Source of the DNA: Squalus acanthias
Lineage: Eukaryota
NCBI GenBank assembly: GCA_030390025.1
Contig: CM059432.1
Location: 6,820,001 to 6,884,000, forward strand
Length of the DNA: 64,000 bases
Reading direction: 5' to 3'
In this document: positions 24,681 through 35,472 of the stretch, one piece after another
How positions within the stretch are numbered: the first letter of the stretch is position 1
Layout of the letters: the number at the start of each line of letters is the position of its first letter
Made by a program: the position numbers and the translations under genes
Notes under the pieces: model-generated
What the model was told of the DNA's origin: nothing
Database searches by the model: none
The model's input: the letters and a program-made list of their open reading frames with translations, nothing else

Positions 24681-27399
24681 TTCAGCATCGCAGTGTACGA
24701 GTCGAAGACTTTTGTTGGAGAGGTAGCCTGCTCAGTGTGACTGAAATATTATTTTAAGGGTTAAATGATGAATTTCGTTTTTGAAACAAAGCCTAAGTAG
24801 ACGAGTCTCCTGAAGCAGGTCCCACCAGTGTGCAGAAGGCTGCTCCAACTCGCTGGGAATGACGGAGGTGAACAACTGTGTTTCAAACTTCAGACTGCCT
24901 CAGCCGTTGCCAACAGCAACAGCATCCAAGATGGCTGGAGAATTGAAGATTGTCATATTCTTTCCAAGAATACCATTTCTCCAGGGGGTCTAAACAATGC
25001 ATTCTTCATGTAGAATCTATATAAATATGTCAAATATTTGTAATCATTTAAAGTACTAATCTTTAAAATCAAATGTTATTGAATTGCGCAAAGTTTACTT
25101 GCTTTCTTGGGTTGTGGCACACTGCAGAGGCAGATTTTGAGGATCTTTACGTTTTGGGCAGCGAGATGTATTAAAAAGATCCAAGCAGGCTTGTAGTCCA
25201 TTGCCATCCTGGATACTGTTGAGTGGTCAGTTTGTTTATATCTGGAATTTCTGGCGAGCAAGCCGGAAATTCCTGACAATGCAGCCCCCTTAAATGTGTT
25301 CAGCTGCACTCTGAATCACAGAATCTTCCTTTACTGAATGACTTAGTGTGTGATAATGCTGGAAGCTTTGATTATACGCCAGTCTGGCATGCAGATCGTA
25401 AATGTTCCTTTTTAAAAAAAATCTATTATTCGGTACTGTGTTGCTTAAACAAACTGACAAGAATACATTACGGAAAAATAGAAGTTGAATTAAAAAAATA
25501 AATAGATTGTTACATTAAAAGTCTTTGTTTGTTTCTGGTATAATGCTATTTAAGGCACATGCAGAGCTTAATTATGCCTTTGATCAGTGGTTTATTGATC
25601 CAAGGTTGTTTATTTTGGATTTAAAACTCTCTTGTAATGTTACAGATGTTTAAATTTCTGCAGATTTGCGACTATGAAGCTAGTTACTGTACTGATATGC
25701 TGTATTTTCTCAAATGTCCCCCACCAGTGTCTTTTTAAAAAAAAATGGTACTAAAGGTCATGCAGCTCATGGCAATGGTAAGCACATGTTAACAGTTTGC
25801 AGTTTTAGACCTGTGTAATCCTTCACTTGTCAACGCATTTACTGCATAAACAATTTATAGCTAATCATCCATCCAGTATCTCTTTGTTGATTAATAACAA
25901 TTTTTTCCAGAATGAGCAAGGCATGTCGTAATGATTCGAAAACGCCATTCCCTAGATAGAGCAGGTTCCTGTTCCATCTCTCGGTATTTATGGAAAGAGT
26001 ATTTCAGCTCTGCTTGTTTGCCACTGCAGCTGCAATTTATTACAGTAAAACATCAGCTTGTTTTCATCCTCATTTGAAATTGTGTTATGTTACCATTTTA
26101 CGGGAACTACCTAATGGAAAACATGAAAGTAAATTTTATGGAAGGCAGCCGAACCCTCACTTAGGAGGGCTACCTATTTTCCACATGGCACCCGAGTGAT
26201 CCTGGGCAATGCAACATATGTGGCTTAGCGCTGCAATAAACTTGCAGGAGTTGCTACTTGTCCTGCAGAGCACCTTAGATTCAAAGATTTAAAAGAGGAA
26301 ATCTAGGCTTTCAGTGATGCAAAGTTAGGTGCCTGCTGCTGTATCCAGAAGAGGGGGTGAGAAAGTATTGTATTTGCTTGCAGAAAAAGTGACTGATATA
26401 TAATCTGACCCCTACCCCCTTAAAAAAAAAATCAGTGACCCTCATAGAAGATGAAGGTCACCATTGGAAAGCTTTTATCCCCAAAATTCTCCTCTTCTCT
26501 CACAATTCACCTTCATCTTTGGCTGGCGTCCACAAATATGCTGTGTCTCTGTTCTTTCTCATTTCAAACGGCGCGTTCCGATCAGCTGTGGCCGCACTGT
26601 TATTTGAATTGCACTTCTCCCTTCCAGCGGCAGTCCTGTCTCCTGTGTCTGATTTTCAATCTCCGTCTGTAGCTCTGCTCTTTTTTTTTCAAAGCTTTAA
26701 AACAGCAGCAGGAGCCAGACCGAAGTCAGAAATTGGAATGGAAAGTTGGTATTTTAATATCAACAGTAGCAGAGCAACGGTTGATAGGTGCGGTGCTGCT
26801 ACTGGGTCCACTCTCTCTCTCTGCCAGGACGGAGAACAATCAGGAAAGACACGGGGAGGGAGGGCATGACCAGGGTCACTCATTTATGGTGACTCATTAA
26901 TCGAATTCCATTTTTATTACATGTTGTTCTGGAATTTTTACCACTGTTTTGAGGATGAAATTGTGCAATTCTGTCCATTAAGTACATAAGAATTAGCAGC
27001 AGGAGTTGGCCATACGGCCCCTCGAGTCATCTCCGCTATTCAATAAGATCATGGCTGACCTCAACTCCACTTTCCTGCCCGATCTCCATATCCCTTGCTT
27101 CCTCTGGAGTCCAAAAATCTATGTTTTATGTTCATTGTTCTGTGAAAGCAAAAATATGGCCTGTCCACAGGATGGACCTCCTCCCCTCAACTCCGTTGAC
27201 TTTTAGCTCCAATCGGAGACATACATTTCTATTCTTGTATAAATACAGAAACTATGCTTGGACGAGCTTAATAAGGAAGGCCAAATTACTAATCAGAAGA
27301 AAGATCACAAGCATGTTAAATACTATGCTGCCAAACAGCGGTAAGTCTGGTTCTATAATAAATCCAGTTATTGGCTCATTACAGTGTTTTTATCACAGA

Positions 27400-27800
27400 A
27401 CTGTGAAGCAACGCCTTGATTTTAAAATTCTCATTCTTCTTTTCAAATCCCTCCATGGCCTCGCCCCTCCCTATCTCTGTAATCTTCTCCAGCCCTACAA
27501 CCCTCCGGGATATCTGCGCTCCTCCAATTCTGGCCTCTTGAGCATCCCCGATTTTAATCGCTCCACCATTGGTGGACATGCCTTCACCTGCCAAGGCCCT
27601 AAGCTCTGGAATTCTCTCCCTAAACCTCTCCACCTCTTTACCTCTCTTTCCTCTTTTTAAGACGCTCCTTAAAATGTACCCCCATCTGCCCTAATATCTC
27701 CTTGTGGCTCGGTGTCAAATTTTGTTTGATATCGCTCCTGTGAAGCGCCGTGGGACATTTTACTACGTTAAAGGCACTATATAAATACAAGTTGTTGTTG
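27400..27800 (+). mobile_element. L2 LINE 3' end
   Basis: VKQRLDFKILILLFKSLHGLAPPYLCNLL...LRSSNSGLL...KLWNSLP, ending ataaatacaagttgttgttg. Confidence 0.88.
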
Positions 27801-29648
27801 TACTAATATGATGAACTAGTTGATCAATGTGATGTTCACAGACCAAAAAGAAACTCTCTGCAACTGTTTCTGCTCCTCTTACTCTAATTCTTTCTACCTC
27901 ACATTCCCACCTTCTGTTTATCTCCCATTTTCTCTTGCCATTTCTGTATCATTGGGGTAATTTGTTGGGGGGTCAGCGGGGCGCGTTTGGTTGCGGGTCG
28001 GGTGGGAAATGTTTTATTTTTTTGAGCCACGCTAGTTTCCCAGATGTCAGGTCTGTCATCGCTGAACAGACCTGACACCAAGTAGTGGGGGAGGCAATTT
28101 AGATGATTATGAACTTATTAACAGGCACTTAAAATCTATTTTAAGCTCACCTTTAAATTTTAAGAGTTCGTCCATGGGTTCCCCGTTGCTTGGGGATCAC
28201 GTCAGGTAAGCAGGTCGGGAGTTGTGTCACCATGGGACCATTTCTTAACTTGACAGCTGCAAATGTGCTATAAAAGCTCCCATCTCATAGCTGTTCACTT
28301 TCCAAGGTGAGAAGCTGTTGCTTACTGCATTTGGAAGACAGATTGAATTTTATGCAGCTTGCAAGTGTTTGGAGCAAACTCTGTATCCAGTGTCACCTCA
28401 ACCTCTCTCGCCATTGACAGATCGCTTCTGTCATCTCAACTTCACCTGCCATCTATTCCATCAGCATCGGTGCCCTTGAAACTATCTCACCTTGGTCTTC
28501 AGAATCCCACCAGAATCGGCCCCAACACCAGCATCACCGGGCACACCAGCAGCACCAACAACAACAACAACAACAACACCAACCTTCTCCGTAATCAACT
28601 GATGCTGCACAGGACACAGGGCATCAGCACCCAACTACATTGCTGGCCGGGAGACCAGGGATGGCCTCTCCATAGCCAGATTTACTTCTCTTGACGCTGT
28701 ACACCCTGGCTGCCACATGATGTGCCAGGTTGGACCACCCCACACCAACACCATAAAGCATCCCTACAATGCCTAAGCCATTCCTTTCACACTCATCGCC
28801 ATTGCGGGGGGTACCCTTATGTCTCACCATTCACTGCAACTCACTAAGCCACTTCCAAAGGTGCACACAAATCTGTCCAAGAATGCAAAGTGTTGAAAAT
28901 AAAGATTTCAATGTTTGACACCACATTAACAGAAACTTCACATGAACATTGGCTAAAACACCCAAGCAGCTACCCTTGTGTGTTGTTAGTTGGTATGATT
29001 GGACTAGGATGAGGGTGAGTGTGAGGGGTGGTTATTGAGATGGGGAAGTGATAATGCAGATAGAGAGGGATGGGTGGAGGTGCAAGGTAAGTTGGTGTGA
29101 GTAAGGATGTGCAGGAGTTGGGTAGGGAAGGTAGAGTGATGGGGATGTGATGAGTGGCACAGCAGGATGAGGTTGAGTGCGGCTTTGCAGTAACATTTCG
29201 TGATCTGCTCGGATCATTGAAAGGTTTGCGCCCCTGCAGCCTGGTCCTCCTGACAACATCCCTGGTTGTGTCCTCCTGTGCAATGTGCAATCAGGCTGCG
29301 TTGATCTCCTGGAGAGGCCTCTTCCACCCATGGGAAGGGAAGAGAACCTCCCTGCGTGCTGTGACTCCCTCCATAAGCATATGGCGGGAGTCATGGGAGA
29401 GCCTGGGTGCAGCCGTCACCTTTGCAGTGCTTGTCCGTGTTTGCAGCACCTCAATGCTGCAGAACACTGACAGCACAACTGTCAATCAATTTGCGTCATC
29501 AAGTGACGTAATCAGACCCGCTTCCTTCAATTGACTGGGAAAAGCGCTGGGCGGGTTTAATGATGCGGAGATGCCGGTGTTGGACTGGGGTGGACAAAAT
29601 TGAGAGGTCGCACAACACCAGGTTATAGTCCAACAGTTTTATTTGAAA

Positions 29649-29690
29649 TCACAAGCTTTCGGAGCTATCGATCGCTCCTTCGTCAGGTGA
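29649..29690 (-). ncRNA. Minimal type I hammerhead ribozyme motif (PLE-associated)
   Basis: Minus strand TCAC-CTGACGA-A-GGAGC(gatcgata)GCTCC-GAAA-GC-T-T-GTGA. Confidence 0.75.
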
Positions 29691-29700
29691 AGTAGCTCCT

Positions 29701-29742
29701 TCACCTGAGGAAGGGGCGATCGATAGCTCCGAAAGCTTGTGA
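29701..29742 (+). ncRNA. Minimal type I hammerhead ribozyme motif (PLE-associated)
   Basis: TCAC-CTGAGGA-A-GGGGC(gatcgata)GCTCC-GAAA-GC-T-T-GTGA: stem I TCAC/GTGA, core CUGANGA/GAAA, palindromic AGCU in place of stem III. Confidence 0.75.
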
Positions 29743-30549
29743 TTTCAAATAAAACTGTTGGACTATAACCTGGTGTTGTGCGACCTCTCGGGTTTAATGA
29801 GCCCAATCAGCGTCAGATCACTTTGGACAGCGGGCTGGAGCCAGCAGTGGGGTCACAACCCACCACCGACCCTGGCCGCACCCGACCCGCCGAGGTAGGG
29901 GATCGCGGCCATTGTCTACAACTCTTTCTTACTCTCCTTGTCTCGGTCTCCTGTATGTCTCTTAGTTCCTTTTGTATGCCTCTCTCTTTCCATGTGTGTA
30001 AGTTTTTTTGTATGTATGCGACTCTACTTGCCTCTCACACACTTTTTCTCCCTCTCCTGCTGTCTTTTTATCGAAATGTCTTGCCCTTCTCCTCTTTTCC
30101 TCTCACCTGTCCTAGAGAGCTGGAAACAAGCTCAAGGCTTAGAACCTGTGATAGCCACACAAATAATCTTTCTTTGGAGCAGGCTAGAGTTTGTTATCTT
30201 GTTGACTTTGTACAAGGGAGTGTGCACAACAAACAGAGATGTGTAGTATTGTATCAACTGAAAATAGTTGTTTCCAAATTGCACTGTTTTAGGGAATAGC
30301 AAATCACAGGCTAGACCCTCATTAAAGTAAATATAAATTACTTCAAGCATTAGGGCTGACCAAAAGGAATAATATTTCACGCAGGTAGAAACTGTGGTGT
30401 GCTGAAATGTACAAATACTAGGATGAGATTAGTCATTTAAAAAAAAAAGTAATTAAATTACTTAATTTTAAAAAGGTGTGTTAAAAATAAAATCTACACA
30501 ATTTACTTAAATCTTAAAGCCTCTTCAGGAAGCTGAACAGATATTAAAT

Positions 30550-30752
30550 AAGAACATAAGAAATAGGAGGCCCTCGAGCCTGCTCAGCCATTCAATAAGA
30601 GCATGGCTGATCTTCTACCTCAACTCCACTTTCCCACCAGATCCCCATATCCTTTGATTCCCTTCAAGTCCAAAAATCTATTGATCTCAATCTTGAATAT
30701 ACTCAACGACTGAGCATACTCCACAGCCCTCTGGGGTAGAGAATTCCAAAGA
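30550..30752 (-). mobile_element. CR1 3'UTR fragment
   Basis: ataagaacataagaaatagg tail followed by CR1 end sequence. Confidence 0.8.
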
Positions 30753-31014
30753 TGGGCAGCAATGGCGCCCCTTTTGTACCTGATCTAATCAGAAATTAAT
30801 CTGCAGAGATAGTTCAGACCACTTATTTGTCCTTGATTGCATGGATCTTGGATTTGGCAGGTGAAAGAATCAGTGTTTCCAAGGCTGTGATTGGTTGAGG
30901 TTCTGGTACGTACTTGCTGAAAGGGATAGTGTTATCTGGTTTATCAATTTGATTATTGGATGAACTCTACAGTATTATTATGTTGATTTCACATAGAGGC
31001 AATATTTTTAATAA

Positions 31015-31335
31015 TTCGGAGGTGCCGTCTTTCGGATGAGACATTAAACTGTGACCCCGTCTGCTCTCTCAGGTGGACGTAAAAGATCCAATTACATGAT
31101 TCGAAGAAGAGCCGGGAAGTTATCCCTGGTGTCCTGGCCAATATTTATCCCTCAATCAACATCACTAAAACAGATTATCTGGTCATTGCTGTTTGTGGGA
31201 GCTTGCTGTGCACAAATTGGTTGCCGCGTTTCCTACAACAATGACTACACTTCAAAAGTACTTCATGGTTGTAAAGCGCTTTGGGACGTCATGAGGTTGT
31301 GAAAAGTGCTATATAAATTCAAGTCTTTTCTTTTT
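31015..31335 (+). mobile_element. Deu-SINE, 5'-truncated
   Basis: Matches 17780-18253 from cggaggtgccgtctttcggatgagac onward. Confidence 0.8.
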
Positions 31336-31740
31336 CTTTCAAAGTAGGAATCTGCTTATGTTCCAATCATTTTTGTGATTATGAAGCTTACATTTTTGAA
31401 CTGAAAAAATGCTATGTGATCTTGGGTTATGTGATGGCCCGTCAATCTAGTCCCTGTGATCGATTCTCTCCCTTCCCTCTGCAAATGAATCCGAACCTGT
31501 TATTGATGTATTCATTTATTTATTGGACCTGTATGATATTTTGAACAAAATTAAATAAATTCCAGAGTAACTCTGCAGCAGGACACTTAATATGTATACG
31601 GATGCAAACTGACACTTGTATGCTGTTGTTGGTTGTTAGTACAAAATAGGAACTCTTTGCAAAGCTTTAAGCTTTCTGTTCGACCAAAAGCAACACTTAT
31701 TTGATTTGTGACGACGCTTTTATATTTTTCTCTTTTTCAG

Positions 31741-31975
31741 CTGGAGGTTCAGTCATGTTGTATGTTCTTTCCAAACGAGAGCTTGCCATCGCCAAGTACG
31801 ATCGTGGCTGGCGACATCCCTGGGACGGTGAGGAACTGGTACCATACCGAAGCGAGCATGCCTGGGACTTTGGTCGTCTGCTTACCCCAGATAAAAGTGA
31901 TCAGCGCAGGCCACAAGTACATGGAGCCACTGCAGGAGATTCCTTTTGTAATTTCAAGGCCTATTCTTGAAGAAG
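31741..31975 (+). CDS. VPS13B: VPS13B internal coding exon (235 bp, phase 0 to phase 1)
   Basis: Pyrimidine tract + cAG ending at 31740, donor GTacg at 31976. Translates LEVQSCCMFFPNESLPSPSTIVAGDIPGTVRNWYHTEASMPGTLVVCLPQIKVISAGHKYMEPLQEIPFVISRPILEE(G), near-identical to recalled VPS13B. Confidence 0.95.
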
Positions 31976-32249
31976 GTACGCTCCATCTGCTGTTCTGGCT
32001 TCGGTGCATCTGCTCAGTTTCTTGACTTGAGTCTCTTTTTGTCCCTTGACGCAACGTTTACAAAATTTTGAGGGCTACGCGGGCCAAGAAAAGCCAGCGT
32101 CATGCCAAACGGCACTCTCTTATTTTCCATTCCTTTAAAACCAAATTTTCTGGTGTTGCAGAATTTCTTTCAATGATGCCAATTACTAAGGAAGTTGATT
32201 TAATTTTTATCGTAGACTTTAGCAGAGGTTGACACTGATTGATTTTAAA

Positions 32250-32535
32250 AGGGTTTGTTAGGGTCGACATAGAGATGATGCTTCCACTTGTGGGGGGAGT
32301 CCAAAACTCGGGGTTATCAATATAAGATAGTCACTAATAAATCCAACAAGAATGTAGAACGCGCTACCACGTGGAATGGTTGAGGTGAATAGCATTGATG
32401 TATTTAAGGGGAAGCTAGATAAGTACGTGAGGGAGAAAGGAATTGAAGGACATGCTGATGGGGTGAGATGAAGAGGGGTGGGAGGAGGCTCGTGTGGAGC
32501 ATAAACACCAGCATGGACCAGTTAGGTCGATTGGC
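32250..32535 (+). mobile_element. CR1 3' fragment (divergent subfamily)
   Basis: KGFVRVDIEMMLPLVG.SKTRG...IDVFKGKLDKY resembles the CR1 C-terminus; 3'UTR hairpin. Confidence 0.6.
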
Positions 32536-32885
32536 CTGTTTCTGTGCAGTAAACTCTGTCATCAAGAGTTTATAGATTAACAATTTGACTTTACCTTATT
32601 TTAACTTTAAAAAATATGTGAACCAACTTCATTTTACCAGGGCAGGTAAGTGTGGAAACAGCTGCACAGGATATGGATTGTGGCTGCAAACACTGAATCT
32701 TACAGCAGTAATACCTGAAAAAGTAAAGACTTTGCAAACTTTTATGTGAATCACCAAAGAAATATTTATTACATTTCGGTTAAAACTATTAATCTTTTAT
32801 ACGTGCAGGGTAGACATTTATTGTAGAACCAATGATGGGTTTATTAACCTTTTTCAGTTCTGGAGTTTCACATGTGAATTTTGAT

Positions 32886-33617
32886 GGCCCAGAATTTGCT
32901 GGGAAATTAAAGGCCAGTTTAATGGCGCTCACCGTCATTAATGTGTAAATCGTCCAGCAATTTGTGGCGAGGAAGGGATACGTTGGCAGCAGCGAATCGC
33001 CACAGATTACTAGATGATTCGCGCCGGCCCGCCAATAACCTTGCGAAAACGACAGCTCGGTGTCAACCTCCCTGTGAGTTTCAAGAAATTGCTGCATTTG
33101 CGCTTTAAATACGAATTAAATTCGCCGCAGCAAGTTAGGGCTGGTACTTAACGATGTAAGGACTCTCTTAAGGATGAGATTTATGTTCCTGCAATGCCAC
33201 TCAACCTCTCCGGCACAGAAAGGGAACAATTGAAGCTGTGGAGTCTCATTCCGGCAGGTAATAAATTGTTCCTAGAGATTCTTAAAAAAATTTGATTTAA
33301 AATGTTTTACATTTGTTTCTTTCTTTTCCTTTCAGTCTCTTTTTCCCTCTGTCTTAATTCAATCTTTCTTTCCTCTTTATTTTTCTTTATGATCTAATTT
33401 GACTCTAATTCACTTTATTTCCTTCTCCGTTGTTCCTCTGTTCCTTTCTCTATCCTTAAATGTAAGTGGTTAAGGCGATAAACTGCTGGTCCCGTCGTTC
33501 ACCAAGGTCCCAGATGCCTGATTGCCCTCGCACTTCCAGCAATTTGCGACGCAAAACATTTTCAATCTGAGGAAAGGAATCTAACTAATGGGGCACACCG
33601 CGAGATGCCCCACTCCA
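32886..33617. mobile_element. PIF/Harbinger-type non-autonomous element (CT-rich internal family)
   Basis: Begins ggcccagaatttgct. Collinear with 57255-57981 and with the fragmented copy at about 48297-50547. Confidence 0.7.
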
Positions 33618-33630
33618 CTACGCCAGTACG

Positions 33631-34213
33631 GGTACGGTAGCATAGTGGTTATGTAACTGGACTAGCAATCCAGAGGAATGGACTGATCTCCTCTTCTTTC
33701 GTATGGTAGTAGCAAAGCAAATCAAATGTCACTATCTAAGTCAGATATCCAGGCCAAAGCTTCCGGTGTAACAGCGTGGATATCTTGTAGGCTGCCTGCG
33801 AATTTCCTCAGAGGGCTGATAATCTGAAGGCGTGAGTTCAAATCCCACCACGGCAGTTTGTGAATTTGAATTCAGTTAATTAAATAAATCTGGAATAAAA
33901 AGCTAGTGTTAGTAATGGTGACCATGAAGCTACCAGATTGTTGTAAAAACCCATCTGGTTCACTAATGTCCTCTAGGGAAGGAAACCTGCCATCCTTATC
34001 TGGTCTATACGTGACTTCACAGCAATGTGGTTGACTCTTAACTGCCCTCTGAAATGGCCTAGCGAGCAACTCAGTTGTATCAAATCGCTACAGACACGGA
34101 CTGCAGCGGTTCAAGCAGGCGGATCACCACCACCTTCTCAAGGGCAACTTGGGGTGGGCAATAAAATGCTGGCGTTGCCAGCGACGCCCACATCCCATGA
34201 ATGAATTTTTTTT
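33631..34213 (+). mobile_element. Full-length tRNA-SINE with probable Meta domain
   Basis: A box TAGCATAGTGG (33638-33648) and B box GAGTTCAAATCC (about 33834-33845), separated by a roughly 125-bp insertion. Core aaaacccatctggttcactaatgtcc..tagggaaggaaa. 3' tail matches the LINE at 263-600 and 23420-23795. Confidence 0.72.
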
Positions 34214-34255
34214 AAATCCAGTAGAATTGTGGCCATCGATAGGTTTTACTTCGGT

Positions 34256-35472
34256 AAAAAAAGACTTGCATTTCTCCAGCGCCTTTCACGACCACCGGAC
34301 GTCTCAAAGCGCTTTACAGCCAATGAAGTACTTTTTGAAGTGTAGTCACTGTTGTAATGTAGGAAATGCAGCAGCCAATTTGCGCACAGCAAGCTCCCAC
34401 AAACAGCAATGACCAGATAATCTATTTTAGTGATGTTGATTGAGGGATAAATATTGGCCAGGACTCCAGGGATAACTTCCCGGCTCTTCTTCGAAATAGT
34501 GGCCAGAGGATCTTTTATGTCCACCTGAGAGAGTAGATGGGGCCTCGGTTTAATGACTCATCTGAAAGACGGCGCCTCCGACAGCGCAGCGCTCCCTCAG
34601 AACTGCACTGGAGTGTCAGCCTAGCTTTATGTGCTCAAGTCTCTGGAGTGGGACTTGAACCCATAGGCCCGTATTTTCCGATGCCTATGGGTGTGTATGG
34701 GCTGTGTACACACGCGTAAGGACATCGGAAATGCCGGTTTCAGGCATGCCAAGCGCCTGCGCTGAAAACTGGCATTTCCGATCTGTCAAGAATGCTCTTG
34801 ACAGATCGGGTGCCTGCCCAAGAGAAGGGCCTCTGCGGGGGGAGAGTTCCTCTTTCTGCAGAACCTCCGCCCACTGAAAACCCTTAGAAATCTTACGCCT
34901 GGTAAAAGCAGGCGTAAGGCCTGCTTTTACCAGCATAAGAGTTGAAAAAAAGTTTTTTTTAAAAATATATATTTTTCACTCATTTATAATTTTAAAATAC
35001 TTTTAAAAAAGGTAAGTTTATTTTTAGCCCTGTAAAAAAACTTCAATTATTTTTTTCAAAAAATTAAATTTTTGTTTAAAATATTTAATTTAATGTAATT
35101 TTAACTAATTTTAAAAACGTGATGGTTTAAAAAAAATTGATTTAATGTTTTCGTGTATTTTTGGGGTGATCTCCATTCATATATTTGACAGGTCCATCTG
35201 TCAAAAGTGTGAAGGGCGATTCCCTTCTCCTATTGGCTGGCCTGGCCCATGTGATCCCAGGGACGCTTGCGAACCGCCTGCGCCCCCTGGGATACGTGGG
35301 CCCTGCGCATTTTGATTGTGGAAGTGTCCGGACCTCGGGAGCCCACAGGTAAGTGCGTAGATTTTTTTTCCGATAGGAGGCATCCGCACGCAGGAAGCCT
35401 CCTATCGGAAATTACGGGCCATAACCTTCTGACTCAGAGGCGAGGGTGTGAACAGCTGAGCCACAGGCTGAC
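34256..35472 (-). mobile_element. Full-length Deu-SINE split by the MITE at 34666-35420
   Basis: Tail at 34256 and head (ctgagccac) at about 35456-35464. The B-box region is split by the MITE. Confidence 0.82.
34666..35420. mobile_element. PIF/Harbinger-type MITE
   Basis: 17-bp TIR GGCCCGTATTTTCCGAT / ATCGGAAATTACGGGCC (1 mismatch) and an exact 3-bp TSD ATA (34663-34665, 35421-35423). Confidence 0.88.

Larger units (their letters stand above)
29564..29789. mobile_element. Fold-back Penelope pLTR insertion (two inverted 3' ends)
   Basis: 91-bp arms 29602-29692 and 29699-29789 with 2 mismatches, homologous to the 3' end of the PLE at 40205. TSD gggtttaatga at 29553-29563 and 29790-29800. Confidence 0.88.
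27954..29910. mobile_element. Internally deleted Harbinger transposon with a Myb/SANT-like gene remnant on the minus strand (about 29200-29420)
   Basis: ATT on both flanks (27951-27953, 29911-29913). Inverted subterminal gcgggtcgggtg / cacccgacccgc. Minus strand APRLSHDS...LMEGVTARREVLFPSHG...IAQEDTTRDVVRRTRLQGRKPFND resembles the Harbinger Myb/SANT (MSANTD-type) domain. The terminal repeats themselves are very imperfect. Confidence 0.65.

Noticed and set aside
26435..26869. 144-aa ORF as an extra VPS13B exon or nested gene
   Set aside because: No recognisable homology, and the flanking exons already join in frame to give contiguous VPS13B sequence.
27121..27660. 179-aa ORF
   Set aside because: Its C-terminal half is L2 RT remnant, fused by chance to upstream unique sequence.
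29602..29789. Possible pre-miRNA, terminator or DNA-transposon TIR
   Set aside because: The arms match the Penelope 3' end at 40205-40290 and the 11-bp TSD fits PLE insertion.
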